A stretch of DNA of 64,000 nt from Veleropilina oligotropha (GCA_048128005.1 JBEUKZ010000054.1:1178001-1242000); one strand, 5' to 3'. Counted from the stretch's first letter, positions 35,701-50,041 are shown. The notes: generated by a model from the letters alone, not told the origin. Program-made: numbers and translations.

Positions 35701-38700
35701 ATGTCAGGATAGCTTGCATCTCTATAGAGATCGCGTATCTCCCGATCGTCATAGCCTAGAGAGTTCAATGTCAGGATAGCTTGCATCTCTATAGAGGTCG
35801 CGTATCTCCCGATAGTCATAGCCTGGAGAGTTCAATGTCAGGATAGCTGGCATCTCTATAGAGGTCGCGTATCTCCCGATAGTCATAGCCTAGAGACTTC
35901 AATGTCAGGATAGCTTGCATCTCTATAGAGGTCGCGTATCTCCCGATAGTCATAGCCTAGAGAGTTCAATGTCAGGATAGCTTGCATCTCTATAGAGGTC
36001 GCGTATCTCGTGATAGTCATAGCCTAGAGTGTTCAATGTCAGGATAGCTGGCATCTCTATAGAGATCGCGTATCTCCCGATAGTCATAGCCTAGAGAATT
36101 CATTGTCAGGATAGCTTGCATCTCTATAGAGATCGCGTATCTCCCGATTGTCATAGCCTAGAGAGTTCAATGTCAGGATAGCTTGCATCTCTATAGAGGT
36201 CGCGTATCTCGTGATAGTCATAGCCTAGAGTGTTCAATGTCAGGATAGCTTGCATCTCTCTAGAGATCGCGTATCTCCCGATAGTCATAGCCTAGAGTGT
36301 TCAATGTCAGGATAGCTTGCATCTCTCTAGAGGTCGCGTATCTCCCGATAGTCATAGCCTAGAGAGTTCAATGTCAGGATAGCCTGCATCTCTATAGAGG
36401 TCGCGTATCTCCCGATAGTCATAGCCTAGAGAGTTCAATGTCAGGATAGCCTGCATCTCTATAGAGGTCGCGTATCTCCCGATAGTCATAGCCTAGAGAG
36501 TTCAATGCCAGGATAGCTTGCATCTCTATAGAGGTCGCGTATCTGCCGATAGTCATAGCCTAGAGAGTTCAATGTCAGGATAGCTTGCATCTCTATAGAG
36601 GTCGCGTATCTCGTGATAGTCATAGCCTAGAGAGTTCAATGTCAGGATAGCTTGCATCTCTATAGAGGTCGCGTATCTCCCGATAATCATAGCCTAGAGA
36701 ATTCAATGTCGGGATAGCTTGCATCTCTATAGAGATCGCGTATCTCCCGATAGTCATAGCCTAGAGAGTTCAATGTCAGGATAGCTTGCATCTCTATAGA
36801 GGTCGCGTATCTCGTGATAGTCATAGCCTAGAGAGTTCAATGTCAGGATAGCTTGCATCTCTATAGAGGTCGCGTATCTCCCGATAATCATAGCCTAGAG
36901 AATTCAATGTCGGGATAGCTTGCATCTCTATAGAGATCGCGTATCTCCCGATAGTCATAGCCTAGAGAGTTCAATGTCAGGATAGCTTGCATCTCTATAG
37001 AGATCGCGTATCTCCCGATAGTCATAGCCTAGAGAGTTCAATGTCAGGATAGCTTGCATCTCTATAGAGGTCGCGTATCTCCCGATAGTCATAGCCTAGA
37101 GAGTTCAATGTCAGGATAGCTTGCATCTCTATAGAGGTCGCGTATCTCCCGATAGTCATAGCCTATAGAGTTCAATGTCAGGATAGCTTGCATCTCTATA
37201 TAGATCGCGTATCTCCCGATAGTCATAGCCTAGAGTGTTCAATGTCAGGATAGCTTGCATCTCTATATAGATCGCGTATCTCCCGATAGTCATAGCCTAG
37301 AGTGTTCAATGTCAGGATAGCTTGCATCTCTATAGAGGTCGTGTATCTCCCGATCGTCATAGCCTAGAGAGTTCAATATCAGGATAGCTTGCATCTCTAT
37401 AGAGGTCGCGTATCTCGTGATAATCATAGCCTAGAGAGTTCAATGTCAGGATAGCTTGCATCTCTATAGAGATCGCGTATCTCCCGATAGTCATAGCCTA
37501 GATAGTTCAATGTCTGGATAGCTTGCATCTCTATAGAGATCATCTCTATAGAGATCGCGTATCTCCCGATCGTCATAGCCTAGAGAGTTCAATATCAGGA
37601 TAGCTTGCATCTCTATAGAGGTCGCGTATCTCGTGATAATCATAGCCTAGAGAGTTCAATATCAGGATAGCTTGCATCTCTATAGAGATCGCGTATCTCC
37701 CGATAGTCATAGCCTAGATAGTTCAATGTCTGGATAGCTTGCATCTCTATAGAGATCATCTCTATAGAGATCGCGTATCTCCCGATCGTCATAGCCTAGA
37801 GAGTTCAATGTCAGGATAGCTTGCATCTCTATAGAGGTCGCGTATCTCCCGATAGTCATAGCCTAGAGAATTCAATGTCAGGATAGCTTGCATCTCTATA
37901 GAGGTCGCGTATCTCTCGATAGTCATATCCTAGAGGATTCAATGTCAGGATAGCTTGCATCTCTATAGAAATCGCGTATCTCCCGATAGTCAAAGCCTAG
38001 AGTGTTCAATGTCAGGATAGCTTACATCTCTCTAGAGATCGCGTATCTCCCGATAGTCATAGCCTAGATAGTTCAATGTCTGGATAGCTTGCATCTCTAT
38101 AGAGATCATCTCTATAGAGATCGCGTATCTCCCGATCGTCATAGCCTAGAGAGTTCAATGTCAGGATAGCTTGCATCTCTATAGATATCGCGTATCTCCC
38201 GATAGTCATAGCCTAGAGAGGTCAATGTCAGGATAGCCTGCATCTCTATAGAGATCGCGTATCTCCCGATAGTCATATCCTAGAGAGTTCAATGTCAGGA
38301 TAGCTTGCATCTCTATAGATATCGCGTATCTCCCGATAGTCATAGCCTAGAGTGTTCAATGTCAGGATAGCTTACATCTCTCTAGAGATCGCGTATCTCC
38401 CGATAGTCATAGCCTAGATAGTTCAATGTCTGGATAGCTTGCATCTCTATAGAGATCATCTCTATAGAGATCGCGTATCTCCCGATCGTCATAGCCTAGA
38501 GAGTTCAATGTCAGGATAGCTTGCATCTCTATAGATATCGCGTATCTCCCGATAGTCATAGCCTAGAGAGGTCAATGTCAGGATAGCCTGCATCTCTATA
38601 GAGATCGCGTATCTCCCGATAGTCATATCCTAGAGAGTTCAATGTCAGGATAGCTTGCATCTCTATAGATATCGCGTATCTCCCGATAGTCATAGCCTAG

Positions 38701-38726
38701 AGAGTTCAATGTCAGGATAGCTGGCA
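29747..38726. repeat. 67-bp satellite array, about 134 monomers, each with an internal palindrome
   Basis: Unit ATCTCTATAGAG(A/G)TCGCGTATCTCCCGATAGTCATAGCCTAGAGAGTTCAATGTCAGGATAGCTTGC; period 67 (29747, 29814, 29881...). Confidence 0.99.
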
Positions 38727-39579
38727 CTTTAGTTTCCGCTAGATGCGATTCTATGGCATTGTGTTCATTTCATTTCAAAATTGCCGCCACTTTTCGTCGC
38801 TTCGCATTAATTTTTGATGGAAATTAACATATTAGCGCTGCATTTTTATAAAATTATTCTTAAAACGTGATTATAATTGTTAACATTTACAAAGCCGACA
38901 CGTTTGACATGATTCTGGTGCTTTTTGTATCATTCCACGAACTTTATAATCTTGTTTTATACGAGCAAACGACACCAACGATGTTGCGAAATCGACACGG
39001 TCGTGACCTTCATGCGTGTCTTGCATTTAATGTTATTTGAATAGAGCATTTCTCATTTGTTGGATTAGTATAATATTGTTAGACCGACATTCGTTCTTTT
39101 AATGACAGCATTTGTTGCTCTTTATTGTTTATAGAGTAGATGAAAAACGATTTTATTATTCATAACCATTGGCATATTTTCATGACGTCAACACCCAATT
39201 TACAAATTTCACTCACTGCAATATTATTACGCTCCATGATAGTAGTATTATGTTAGAACGTGTCATCAAGTTAAAGCGACATTGTACAGCTTGTTTCTTT
39301 ATAAATTCGACATAATATGATAAATGGAATATCATATTCGTTGTCATTAAATTTTAATATCACATTTATGAAACTCGTTAACTAATTTTCATACTTTCCT
39401 CGATGAAGCTTCTGGGGGGGGGGGGGGGAATAGTTATCTCGTATCATAAATTTGATATTTAATCGCCGCTCATGTGATATCCCCTCTTTATCACATGCAT
39501 ATTGTGTTATGTTGCTTCTTTAGATATAAAATAACGCATGTATTGTGATGGCGAAATATAATTTTGTTTCAACAATGTA

Positions 39580-42500
39580 AATAAAGTAGACGTGCAATTT
39601 TACAAGATCTGGGAGGGGGTAAAACTGCATACCAAGCGGGGTCCGAATCGGAAATAATTGCCAATTTCGAGTTTCCGTTGTTTATCATTGAAAAAGTGAA
39701 GGAAGGAAAGAGACAATATACGCCGAAACACACACAACATTTTTCGTAAATATTTATTACCTTGTAAGAACATGGATTCAGTCGAGCTGCATTAACTTTT
39801 TTCGCGTGCCTTCTATATATACAATATTCTCTATATGGTGGCACGTGCTGTTCTTCGGAAGGCTGCGCCCACTAAAGTGCATGTGCCCCATATGGTTATC
39901 TCCTTTTAATCCATTGACGGTAGTTGATATTTCAATCACAGTAGCTAATAAATGCATATTTTGTTCTCAATTTCTCAATTTTTTTCTCAATGTTGTACCA
40001 TATAGAGAATTTATACCCAAGCGGGATAATATGTGAACTAAATTAATCACAAATTGTCTGTTTCCTTTCATGACAAAGTGTCTGTAAATAAGCTGGGCGG
40101 CCGGCAACAACAAAACAATAGCGAACACCCGGCCTATATAGTATATACACTACGACATGAAACAGACCATAGCGAGAAAGCCGACAGTTTCCCCACAGGC
40201 GGACGGAGGTTTTTTCTCAATGTTGTACCATATAGATAATTTATACCCAAGCGGGGGCCTCGCGGCCCCCGCTTGGATAATATGTGAACTAAATTAATCA
40301 CAAATTGTCTGTTTCCTTTCATGACAAAGTGTCTGTAAATAAGCTGGCCGGCCGGCAACAACAAAACAATAGCGAACACCCGGCCTATATAGTATATACA
40401 CTACGGCATGAAGCAGACCATAGCGAGAAAGCCGACAGTTTCCCCACAGACGGACGGAGGTTTTTTCTCAATGTTGTACCATATAGAGAATATATACCCA
40501 AGCGGGGGCCTGCGGCCCCCGCTTGGATAATATGTGAACTAAATTAATCACAAATTGTCTGTTTCCTTTCATGACAAAGTGTCTGTAAATAAGCTGGCCG
40601 GCCGGCAACAACAAAACAATAGCGAACACCCGGCCTATATAGTATAACACTACGGCATGAAACAGACCATAGCGAGAAAGCCGACAGTTTCCCCACAGAC
40701 GGACGGAGGTTTTTTCTCAATGTTGTACCATATAGAGAATTTATACCCAAGCGGAGGCCTCGCGGCCCCCGCTTGGATAATATGTGAACTAAATTAATCA
40801 CAAATTGTCTGTTTCCTTTCATGACAAAGTGTCTGTAAATAAGCTGGCCGGCCGGCAACAACAAAACAATAGCGAAGATAATAGATAATTGAGGGTAGTT
40901 GATATTTCAATGAAAGTAGCTGTGGTCTGAATACGAAAATAGGACATACAACGTTTTATGTGAAATCTATAATAATGAACTAACCTTTGATAACGTGAAT
41001 TATCCAAGCGGGGGCCGAATGCTACAGAATCAATAACGTCGGATTCCAATGGTATAACGTATCTAGTAAATAGCATGACGCGTTAGAGAGGTGACGTCGT
41101 AATGACGTCATTGTTATTTAGGTCTATAAAAGTGCTTAATAAATGCATATGTTTGCTTAATAAATGCATATTTTGGGTGGAAAACCATCACATTGGTAAT
41201 TCCTGATGACCCTGAAAATTTCATGACCATAGCGTCAATACTCTAGGAGGAGTTCAGTGACGGACGGACGGAGGTTTTTTCTCAATGTTGTACCATATAG
41301 AGAATTTATACCCAAGCGGGGGCCTGCGGCCCCCGCTTGGATAATTTCATTGGTTAATGATATCACGTCGCTACCAATGCGCCAAACTACTTTACAGAGT
41401 TAATATTAAAATAAAGTAGACGTGCAATTTTACAAGATCTGGGAGGGGGTAAAACTGCATACCAAGCGGGGTCCGAATCGGAAATAATTGCCAATTTCGA
41501 GTTTCCGTTGTTTATCATTGAAAAAGTGAAGGAAGGAAAGAGACAATATACGCCGAAACACACACAACATTTTTCGTAAATATTTATTACCTTGTAAGAA
41601 CATGGATTCAGTCGAGCTGCATTAACTTTTTTCGCGTGCCTTCTATATATACAATATTCTCTATATGGTGGCACGTGCTGTTCTTCGGAAGGCTGCGCCC
41701 ACTAAAGTGCATGTGCCCCATATGGTTATCTCCTTTTAATCCATTGACGGTAGTTGATATTTCAATCACAGTAGCTAATAAATGCATATTTTGTTCTCAA
41801 TTTCTCAATTTTTTTCTCAATGTTGTACCATATAGAGAATTTATACCCAAGCGGGATAATATGTGAACTAAATTAATCACAAATTGTCTGTTCCCTTTCA
41901 TGACAAAGTGTCTGTAAATAAGCTGGGCGGCCGGCAACAACAAAACAATAGCGAACACCCGGCCTATATAGTATATACACTACGACATGAAAGAGACCAT
42001 AGCGAGAAAGCCGACAGTTTCCCCACAGGCGGACGGAGGTTTTTTCTCAATGTTGTACCATATAGATAATTTATACCCAAGCGGGGGCCTCGCGGCCCCC
42101 GCTTGGATAATATGTGAACTAAATTAATCACAAATTGTCTGTTTCCTTTCATGACAAAGTGTCTGTAAATAAAGTAGACGTGCAATTTTACAAGATCTGG
42201 GAGGGGGTAAAACTGCATACCAAGCGGGGTCCGAATCGGAAATAATTGCCAATTTCGAGTTTCCGTTGTTTATCATTGAAAAAGTGAAGGAAGGAAAGAG
42301 ACAATATACGCCGAAACACACACAACATTTTTCGTAAATATTTATTACCTTGTAAGAACATGGATTCAGTCGAGCTGCATTAACTTTTTTCGCGTGCCTT
42401 CTATATATACAATATTCTCTATATGGTGGCACGTGCTGTTCTTCGGAAGGCTGCGCCCACTAAAGTGCATGTGCCCCATATGGTTATCTCCTTTTAATCC

Positions 42501-44994
42501 ATTGACGGTAGTTGATATTTCAATCACAGTAGCTAATAAATGCATATTTTGTTCTCAATTTCTCAATTTTTTTCTCAATGTTGTACCATATAGAGAATTT
42601 ATACCCAAGCGGGATAATATGTGAACTAAATTAATCACAAATTGTCTGTTCCCTTTCATGACAAAGTGTCTGTAAATAAGCTGGGCGGCCGGCAACAACA
42701 AAACAATAGCGAACACCCGGCCTATATAGTATATACACTACGACATGAAAGAGACCATAGCGAGAAAGCCGACAGTTTCCCCACAGGCGGACGGAGGTTT
42801 TTTCTCAATGTTGTACCATATAGATAATTTATACCCAAGCGGGGGCCTCGCGGCCCCCGCTTGGATAATATGTGAACTAAATTAATCACAAATTGTCTGT
42901 TTCCTTTCATGACAAAGTGTCTGTAAATAAGCTGGCCGGCCGGCAACAACAAAACAATAGCGAACACCCGGCCTATATAGTATAACACTACGGCATGAAA
43001 CAGACCATAGCGAGAAAGCCGACAGTTTCCCCACAGACGGACGGAGGTTTTTTCTCAATGTTGTACCATATAGAGAATATATACCCAAGCGGGGGCCTGC
43101 GGCCCCCGCTTGGATAATATGTGAACTAAATTAATCACAAATTGTCTGTTTCCTTTCATGACAAAGTGTCTGTAAATAAGCTGGCCGGCCGGCAACAACA
43201 AAACAATAGCGAACACCCGGCCTATATAGTATAACACTACGGCATGAAACAGACCATAGCGAGAAAGCCGACAGTTTCCCCACAGACGGACGGAGGTTTT
43301 TTCTCAATGTTGTACCATATAGAGAATTTATACCCAAGCGGAGGCCTCGCGGCCCCCGCTTGGATAATATGTGAACTAAATTAATCACAAATTGTCTGTT
43401 TCCTTTCATGACAAAGTGTCTGTAAATAAGCTGGCCGGCCGGCAACAACAAAACAATAGCGAAGATAATAGATAATTGAGGGTAGTTGATATTTCAATGA
43501 AAGTAGCTGTGGTCTGAATACGAAAATAGGACATACAACGTTTTATGTGAAATCTATAATAATGAACTAACCTTTGATAACGTGAATTATCCAAGCGGGG
43601 CCGAATGCTACAGAATCAATAACGTCGGATTCCAATGGTATAACGTATCTAGTAAATAGCATGACGCGTTAGAGAGGTGACGTCGTAATGACGTCATTGT
43701 TATTTAGGTCTATGAAATTAGACATAGGCTATATACGAAATGCATAAAAGTGCTTAATAAATGCATATGTTTTCTTAATAAATGCATATTTTGGGTGGAA
43801 AACCATCACATTGGTAATTCCTGATGACCCTGAAAATTTCATGACCATAGCGTCAATACTCTAGGAGGAGTTCAGTGACGGACGGACGGAGGTTTTTTCT
43901 CAATGTTGTACCATATAGAGAATTTATACCCAAGCGGGGGCCTGCGGCCCCCGCTTGGATAAGCTGGCCGGCCGGCAACAACAAAACAATAGCGAACACC
44001 CGGCCTATATAGTATAACACTACGGCATGAAACAGACCATAGCGAGAAAGCCGACAGTTTCCCCACAGACGGACGGAGGTTTTTTCTCAATGTTGTACCA
44101 TATAGAGAATATATACCCAAGCGGGGGCCTGCGGCCCCCGCTTGGATAATATGTGAACTAAATTAATCACAAATTGTCTGTTTCCTTTCATGACAAAGTG
44201 TCTGTAAATAAGCTGGCCGGCCGGCAACAACAAAACAATAGCGAACACCCGGCCTATATAGTATAACACTACGGCATGAAACAGACCATAGCGAGAAAGC
44301 CGACAGTTTCCCCACAGACGGACGGAGGTTTTTTCTCAATGTTGTACCATATAGAGAATTTATACCCAAGCGGAGGCCTCGCGGCCCCCGCTTGGATAAT
44401 ATGTGAACTAAATTAATCACAAATTGTCTGTTTCCTTTCATGACAAAGTGTCTGTAAATAAGCTGGCCGGCCGGCAACAACAAAACAATAGCGAAGATAA
44501 TAGATAATTGAGGGTAGTTGATATTTCAATGAAAGTAGCTGTGGTCTGAATACGAAAATAGGACATACAACGTTTTATGTGAAATCTATAATAATGAACT
44601 AACCTTTGATAACGTGAATTATCCAAGCGGGGCCGAATGCTACAGAATCAATAACGTCGGATTCCAATGGTATAACGTATCTAGTAAATAGCATGACGCG
44701 TTAGAGAGGTGACGTCGTAATGACGTCATTGTTATTTAGGTCTATGAAATTAGACATAGGCTATATACGAAATGCATAAAAGTGCTTAATAAATGCATAT
44801 GTTTTCTTAATAAATGCATATTTTGGGTGGAAAACCATCACATTGGTAATTCCTGATGACCCTGAAAATTTCATGACCATAGCGTCAATACTCTAGGAGG
44901 AGTTCAGTGACGGACGGACGGAGGTTTTTTCTCAATGTTGTACCATATAGAGAATTTATACCCAAGCGGGGGCCTGCGGCCCCCGCTTGGATAA
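39580..44994 (-). mobile_element. modular tandem array of a non-autonomous Helentron / DINE-1-like (HINE) element
   Basis: On the minus strand the 5' end is TTATCCAAGCGGGGGCC..GGCCCCCGCTTGGGTATA, followed by (GTCC)n and TCATGAAATTTTCAGG. The 3' end is subTIR CCCCGCTTGGT, stem-loop TGCAGTTTTAC..GTAAAATTGCA, then CGTCTACTTT. Modules of about 250, 450 and 500 bp are repeated. Confidence 0.75.
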
Positions 44995-45052
44995 CTGTTA
45001 TTTCTTCTAAGTATTCATTGAAATATATTTCTAACAATTCAAATACATTGGG

Positions 45053-45683
45053 ATTTAATATCCTCTATATCACCTCGTTTAATATCCTCTATATCACCCC
45101 GTTTAATATCGTCTATTATATATCACCTCGTTTAATATCCTCTATATCACCCCGTTTAATATCGTCTATATCACCTCGTTTAATATCCTCTATATCACCC
45201 CGTTTAGTATCCTCTATATCACCCCGTTTGATATCCTCTATATCACCCCGTTTAACATCCTCTATATCACTCCGTTTAATATCCTCTATATCACGCCGTT
45301 GAATATCCTCTATATAACCCCGTTTAATATCCTCTATATCACCCCGTTTGATATCCTCTATATCACCCCGTTTAATATCCTCTATATCACTCCGTTTAAT
45401 ATCTTCTATATCACCCGTTTAATATCCTCTATATCACCCCGTTTGATATCCTCTATATCACTCCGATTAATATCCTCTATATCATCCCGTTTAATGTCCT
45501 CTATATCACTCCGTTTAATATCCTCTATATCACCCCGTTTAATATCCTCTATATCACCCCGTTTAATATCCTCTATATCACCCCGTTTAATATCCTCTAT
45601 ATCACCCCGTTTAATATCCTCTATATCACCCCGTTTGATATCCTCTATATCACCCCGTTTGATATCCTTTATATCACCCCGTT
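45053..45683. repeat. 24-bp minisatellite (TTTAATATCCTCTATATCACCCCG), about 26 copies
   Basis: Directly visible tandem array. Confidence 0.97.
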
Positions 45684-46312
45684 GTCTTCGTGAACATTAA
45701 TGGATGTGTGTTCGACTTTAAACACAGTAATAATAAATATGTTATTTAAATATTAGTCCTATTAATAGAATTATATTACCTTTGACAAAAAGTAAAACAT
45801 GACTTTGAAATTGCCGCAAGACATAAAAAAGATCAAAAATAGAACGATTTTAACTTTTGAATACACCAAACTGACGACGTATAACGTAAACAAGTACATA
45901 GGTATTTGATGAAACGATTGCCCCAGGTATAAATAGATGGTTTTTGCTGCTTACCGGAATCACATCAGATGCGTTTATTACGTATCATTTAGCAACTCGG
46001 GGAAACTAAGTACGATAATCGGTCGACACACAAGCTTTCATCTGTTTAGGCCTTGTGTATCTATAGGGAAACTCTCGTTATCTCAACACATGTTACACAA
46101 CCAAACCTGTCCCGTTGAAATGGAGATTCTATTTGGTGGCCATTTAAAATATCGTTTATCATGATGATTGTGATCCCCCCCCCCCCCCCGTCGTCTACCG
46201 TGATTGGTATTGGCCAGGAGTTGAACCCTATAGGTCAACGCAGCGAGTAAGTCATGCGAGTGGCTTTAGAACTACGACCTTGCCATTGTCTTATAATAAC
46301 CGCAATAAAATG

Positions 46313-49300
46313 TATGGGCAGCCAAAAGGGTATAAAATACGTTCGAAACAAATAAAAGATCATAGTACCAATTAACAGTCATCAGTGGTCAAACGAACGG
46401 TCATCAATGCTTATACGAACAGCCAAAAATAAATCCAACAGTCACAGAATCAAAACAAACAGTCTAAAATTAGTCCAAGAGTCATCAATGGCCATGGAAA
46501 CAAACGGTCATCAATGTTCATACGAACAGCAAAAATGCATCCAACAGACATCGAATCAAAACAGACATCGAATCAAAACGGTCACCAAATCAAAACTAAC
46601 AGCTTAACAAAATCAAACAATCATCAATGCTCAAACGAACGGTCACCAATGTTCACATGAACAGCCAAAATGCATCTTACAGTCACCGAATCAAATTCAA
46701 CAGCCAAAACGTAATCCAACAGTCATCAATGGTCAAACGAACGGTCATCAATGTTTATACGAATAGCCAAAAATTCATCCAACAGTCACCGATTCAAAAT
46801 AAACAGCCTAAACTGACTACAACAGTCATCAATGTTCAAACGAACGGTCATCAATGTGTATACGACCAGCCTAAATGCATCCAACAGTCACCAAATCAAA
46901 ACTAACAGCTTAAACAAAATCGAACAATCATCAATGCTCAAACGAACGGTCACCAATGTTCACATGAACAGCCAAAAATACATCTAAGTTACAGTCACCG
47001 AATCATAATCAACAGCCTAAACGTAATCCAACAGTCATCAATGCTCAAACGAACGGTCAAAAATACACCCAACAGTCAAAACCTGAATTAACGCCAGATG
47101 GCGCGCAAGTTTGTAACAAAGTGCGTTGCTTTGCGTTCAAGATACTAAACGTTCTGCGTTTTGTCGTTCAATTGGCAGAGCGCTTTATGAAAACGTTTTG
47201 CAAACGGCGCGCAACCTTCCTAGGGGACTCGCGGTGCGACCAAAATGGCGGACGATAGAACGATTATGAATAAAGAGACTGTCAAATTTATATTTTAACT
47301 TGGGAGGCATTTAGGAGCAACACACTATTAACCGGAGACTTAATCCATATAATATGTAAATTGAGATGAAAATAGTTTAATTTATAATTAATATCTTATG
47401 GTGCTTTACCACTTGTTTATTTTCTGTATGCGACAAATTCTAGCAAAGTCAGATAACTACACAACTCGGCGTCTTGCATTTTTAGTATATATGCATATAT
47501 TATGTCAAGCCTCGGAAAATATGAAAATTAGTTAAACTCGTTTCATAAATGTGATATTACTCTACCACGAATGTGATGTTCTATTTATCACATGTCTGTT
47601 TTTGATAAAATTAATTTAAAACAAGTCACAACTTCGCTATTAGAAAGTATAGCGACGTTGACACTACGACGCATTGTAAGATGGAATGACGTCATAATAA
47701 CGCTTTACAAAAAATAGTGAAATTTACTACCAAATACAATGTTTACGTGCTTGTAAAACTTTATATATGTTATCTTAATGAAATAGAATAATGAATAATA
47801 TTTGTACTTATAATTTACAACGGTAATCCTAACATCTATGTGCGACACGATATCGTCGATTACGTTTTGGATTGAGTTGGCTCAGAATCATTTCTATATA
47901 AGGCAATTTTTCGGAAGACGTTTCATCTTCTGCGTTTTCATTGGCTGTTTTATAGTTCTCTTTGTAATCAGCCAATCACATTTTCAAGCAGGATTTTAAG
48001 CTTATAAACACGCGTCTATTACGACGAATAATACACGGTGTACGTTGCACTATATATGGGAAAATGAGCAAGACATGGGATAAATTTACATAATATATGC
48101 ATATACTCAAAATGCAAGACGCCGAATTGTGTAGTTATCTGTCCTTGCTAGAATTTGTTGCATACAGCAAATAAACAAGTGGTAAAGCACCATAAGATAT
48201 CAATATTAATTATAAATTAACCTATTTTCGTCTCAATTTACATATTATTTGGATTAAGTGTCCGTTTAATAGTGTGTTGCTCCTAACATAATCGTTATAT
48301 CGTCCGCCATTTTGGTCGCACGGTGACTGCCACCTCGAGTCACCTAGGAAGGTAGCGTGCCGTTTGCAAAACGTTTTCCCAAACCGCTCTGCCAATTAAA
48401 CGACAAAACGCAGAACGTTTTGCATCTTGAACGCGCGACAGAGCACTTTGTTACAAACTTGCGCGCCATCTGGCGTTAATTCGGGTTTTGACTGTTGGAT
48501 GTATTTTTGACCGTTCGTTTGTGCATTGATGACTGTTGTTGATTATGATTCGGTGACTGTTAGATGTATTTTGGGGTGTTCATGTGAACATTGGTGACCG
48601 TTCGTTTGAGCATTGATGATTGTTCGATTTTCTTTAAGCTGTTAGTTTTGATTTGGTGACTGTTGGATGCATTTTAGGCTGTTCGTATAAACATTGATGA
48701 CCGTTCGTTTGAACATTGATGACTGTTGGATTTAGCTTAGGCTGTTTGTTTTGATTCGGTAACTTTTGGATGCATTTTTGGCTGTTCGTATAAACATTGA
48801 TGACCGTTCGTTTGACCATTGATGACTGTTGGATTACGTTTAGGCTGTTGATTTTGATTCGATGACTGTAACTTAGATGTATTTTTGGCTGTTCATGTGA
48901 ACATTGGTGACCGTTCGTTTGAGCATTGATGATTGTTAGATTTTGTTTAAGCTGTTAGTTTTGATTTGGTGACTGTTGGATGCATTTAGGCTGTTCGTAT
49001 ACACACTGGTGACCGTTCGTTTGAACATTGATGACTGTTGGAGTTAGTTTAGGCTATTTGTTTTGATTCGGTGACTGTTGGATGCATTTAGGCTGGTCGT
49101 ATACACATTGATGACCGTTCGTTTGAACATTGATGACTGTTGTAGTCAGTTTAGGCTGTTTATTTTGAATCGGTGACTGTTGGATGAATTTTTGGCTATT
49201 CGTATAAACATTGTTGACAGTTCGTTTGAACATTGATGACTGTTGGATTACGTTTAGGCTGTTGATTTTGATTCAGTGACTGTTAGATGTATTTTCGGCT

Positions 49301-49734
49301 GTTCATTTGAACATTGGTGACCGTTCGTTTGAGCATTGATGACTGTTGTTGATTATGATTCGGTGACTGTTAGATGTATTTTTGGCTGTTCATGTGAACA
49401 TTGGTGACCGTTCGTTTGAGCATTGATGATTGTTTGATTTTGTTTAAGCTGTTAGTTTTGATTTGGTGACCGTTTTGATTCGATGTCTGGTTTGATTCGG
49501 TAACTTTTGGATGCATTTTGGGCTGTTCGTATGAACATTGATGACCGTTCGTTTGACCATTGATGACTGTTGGATTATTTTAGGCTGTTTGTTTTGATTC
49601 GGTGACTGTTGGATTTATTTTTGACTGTTCGTATAAGCATTGATGACCGCTCATTTGACCACTGATGACTGTTAATTGTTACTATGATCTTTTATTTGGT
49701 TTTAACGTATTTTATACCCTTTTGGCTCCCCATA
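46313..49734. mobile_element. foldback non-autonomous DNA transposon with IS3EU-type ends
   Basis: Termini TATGGG...CCCATA with 6-bp TSD AAAATG (46307-46312 and 49735-49740). Inverted arms at about 46313-47505 and 48087-49734 carry subterminal tandem repeats. No coding region. Confidence 0.8.
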
Positions 49735-49748
49735 AAAATGCTAAATAA

Positions 49749-50041
49749 TCTTAATATAATGGAGCTATAATTGTATGCGGGTCTGTCTGTCTGTTTCAAG
49801 TTGAACTCCTCCCAGACGCTTTGACCTAGGACCTTCAAACTTTGGGGGGTTAATCGGGGTCCCCCAAGGAAGGTTTACCACGAAAAAAATTCGGAAAATT
49901 CGCGAAAAAAAAAAAAATTTACTATCATTTTTAATATAATGGAGAAAAAAAAAAAAAAAAAAAAGGGAGCACTATCCAAAAAAAAAAAAAAAAAAATGGG
50001 GCTGGGGGGACTTACCCGGCGAAGACGGGTACCATTGCTAG
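49749..50041 (+). mobile_element. 293-bp non-autonomous Helitron
   Basis: A|TCTTAATATAAT start, (GTCT)n tract, 3' hairpin ACCCG(G)C-GAA-G(A)CGGGT, CTAG|T end, A/T target. Confidence 0.85.

Noticed and set aside
29747..38726. CRISPR-like array, given the palindromic repeat
   Set aside because: There are no unique spacers, the monomers are contiguous, no cas genes are present, and the context is eukaryotic.
41195..41230. Minimal hammerhead ribozyme core CTGATGA-CCCT-GAAA (also at about 43820 and 44853)
   Set aside because: Helix II is absent and helices I and III pair poorly. The sequence is the reverse strand of the common Helentron motif TGAAATTTTCAGG. An Infernal hammerhead covariance-model search would settle it.
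39569..44626. Repeated 60-106-aa ORFs (MPPYREY, MSVSFHDK, MLLPAGQ) as a tandem gene family
   Set aside because: They are chance frames within the non-coding Helentron modules, with no domain features, and are broken differently between copies.
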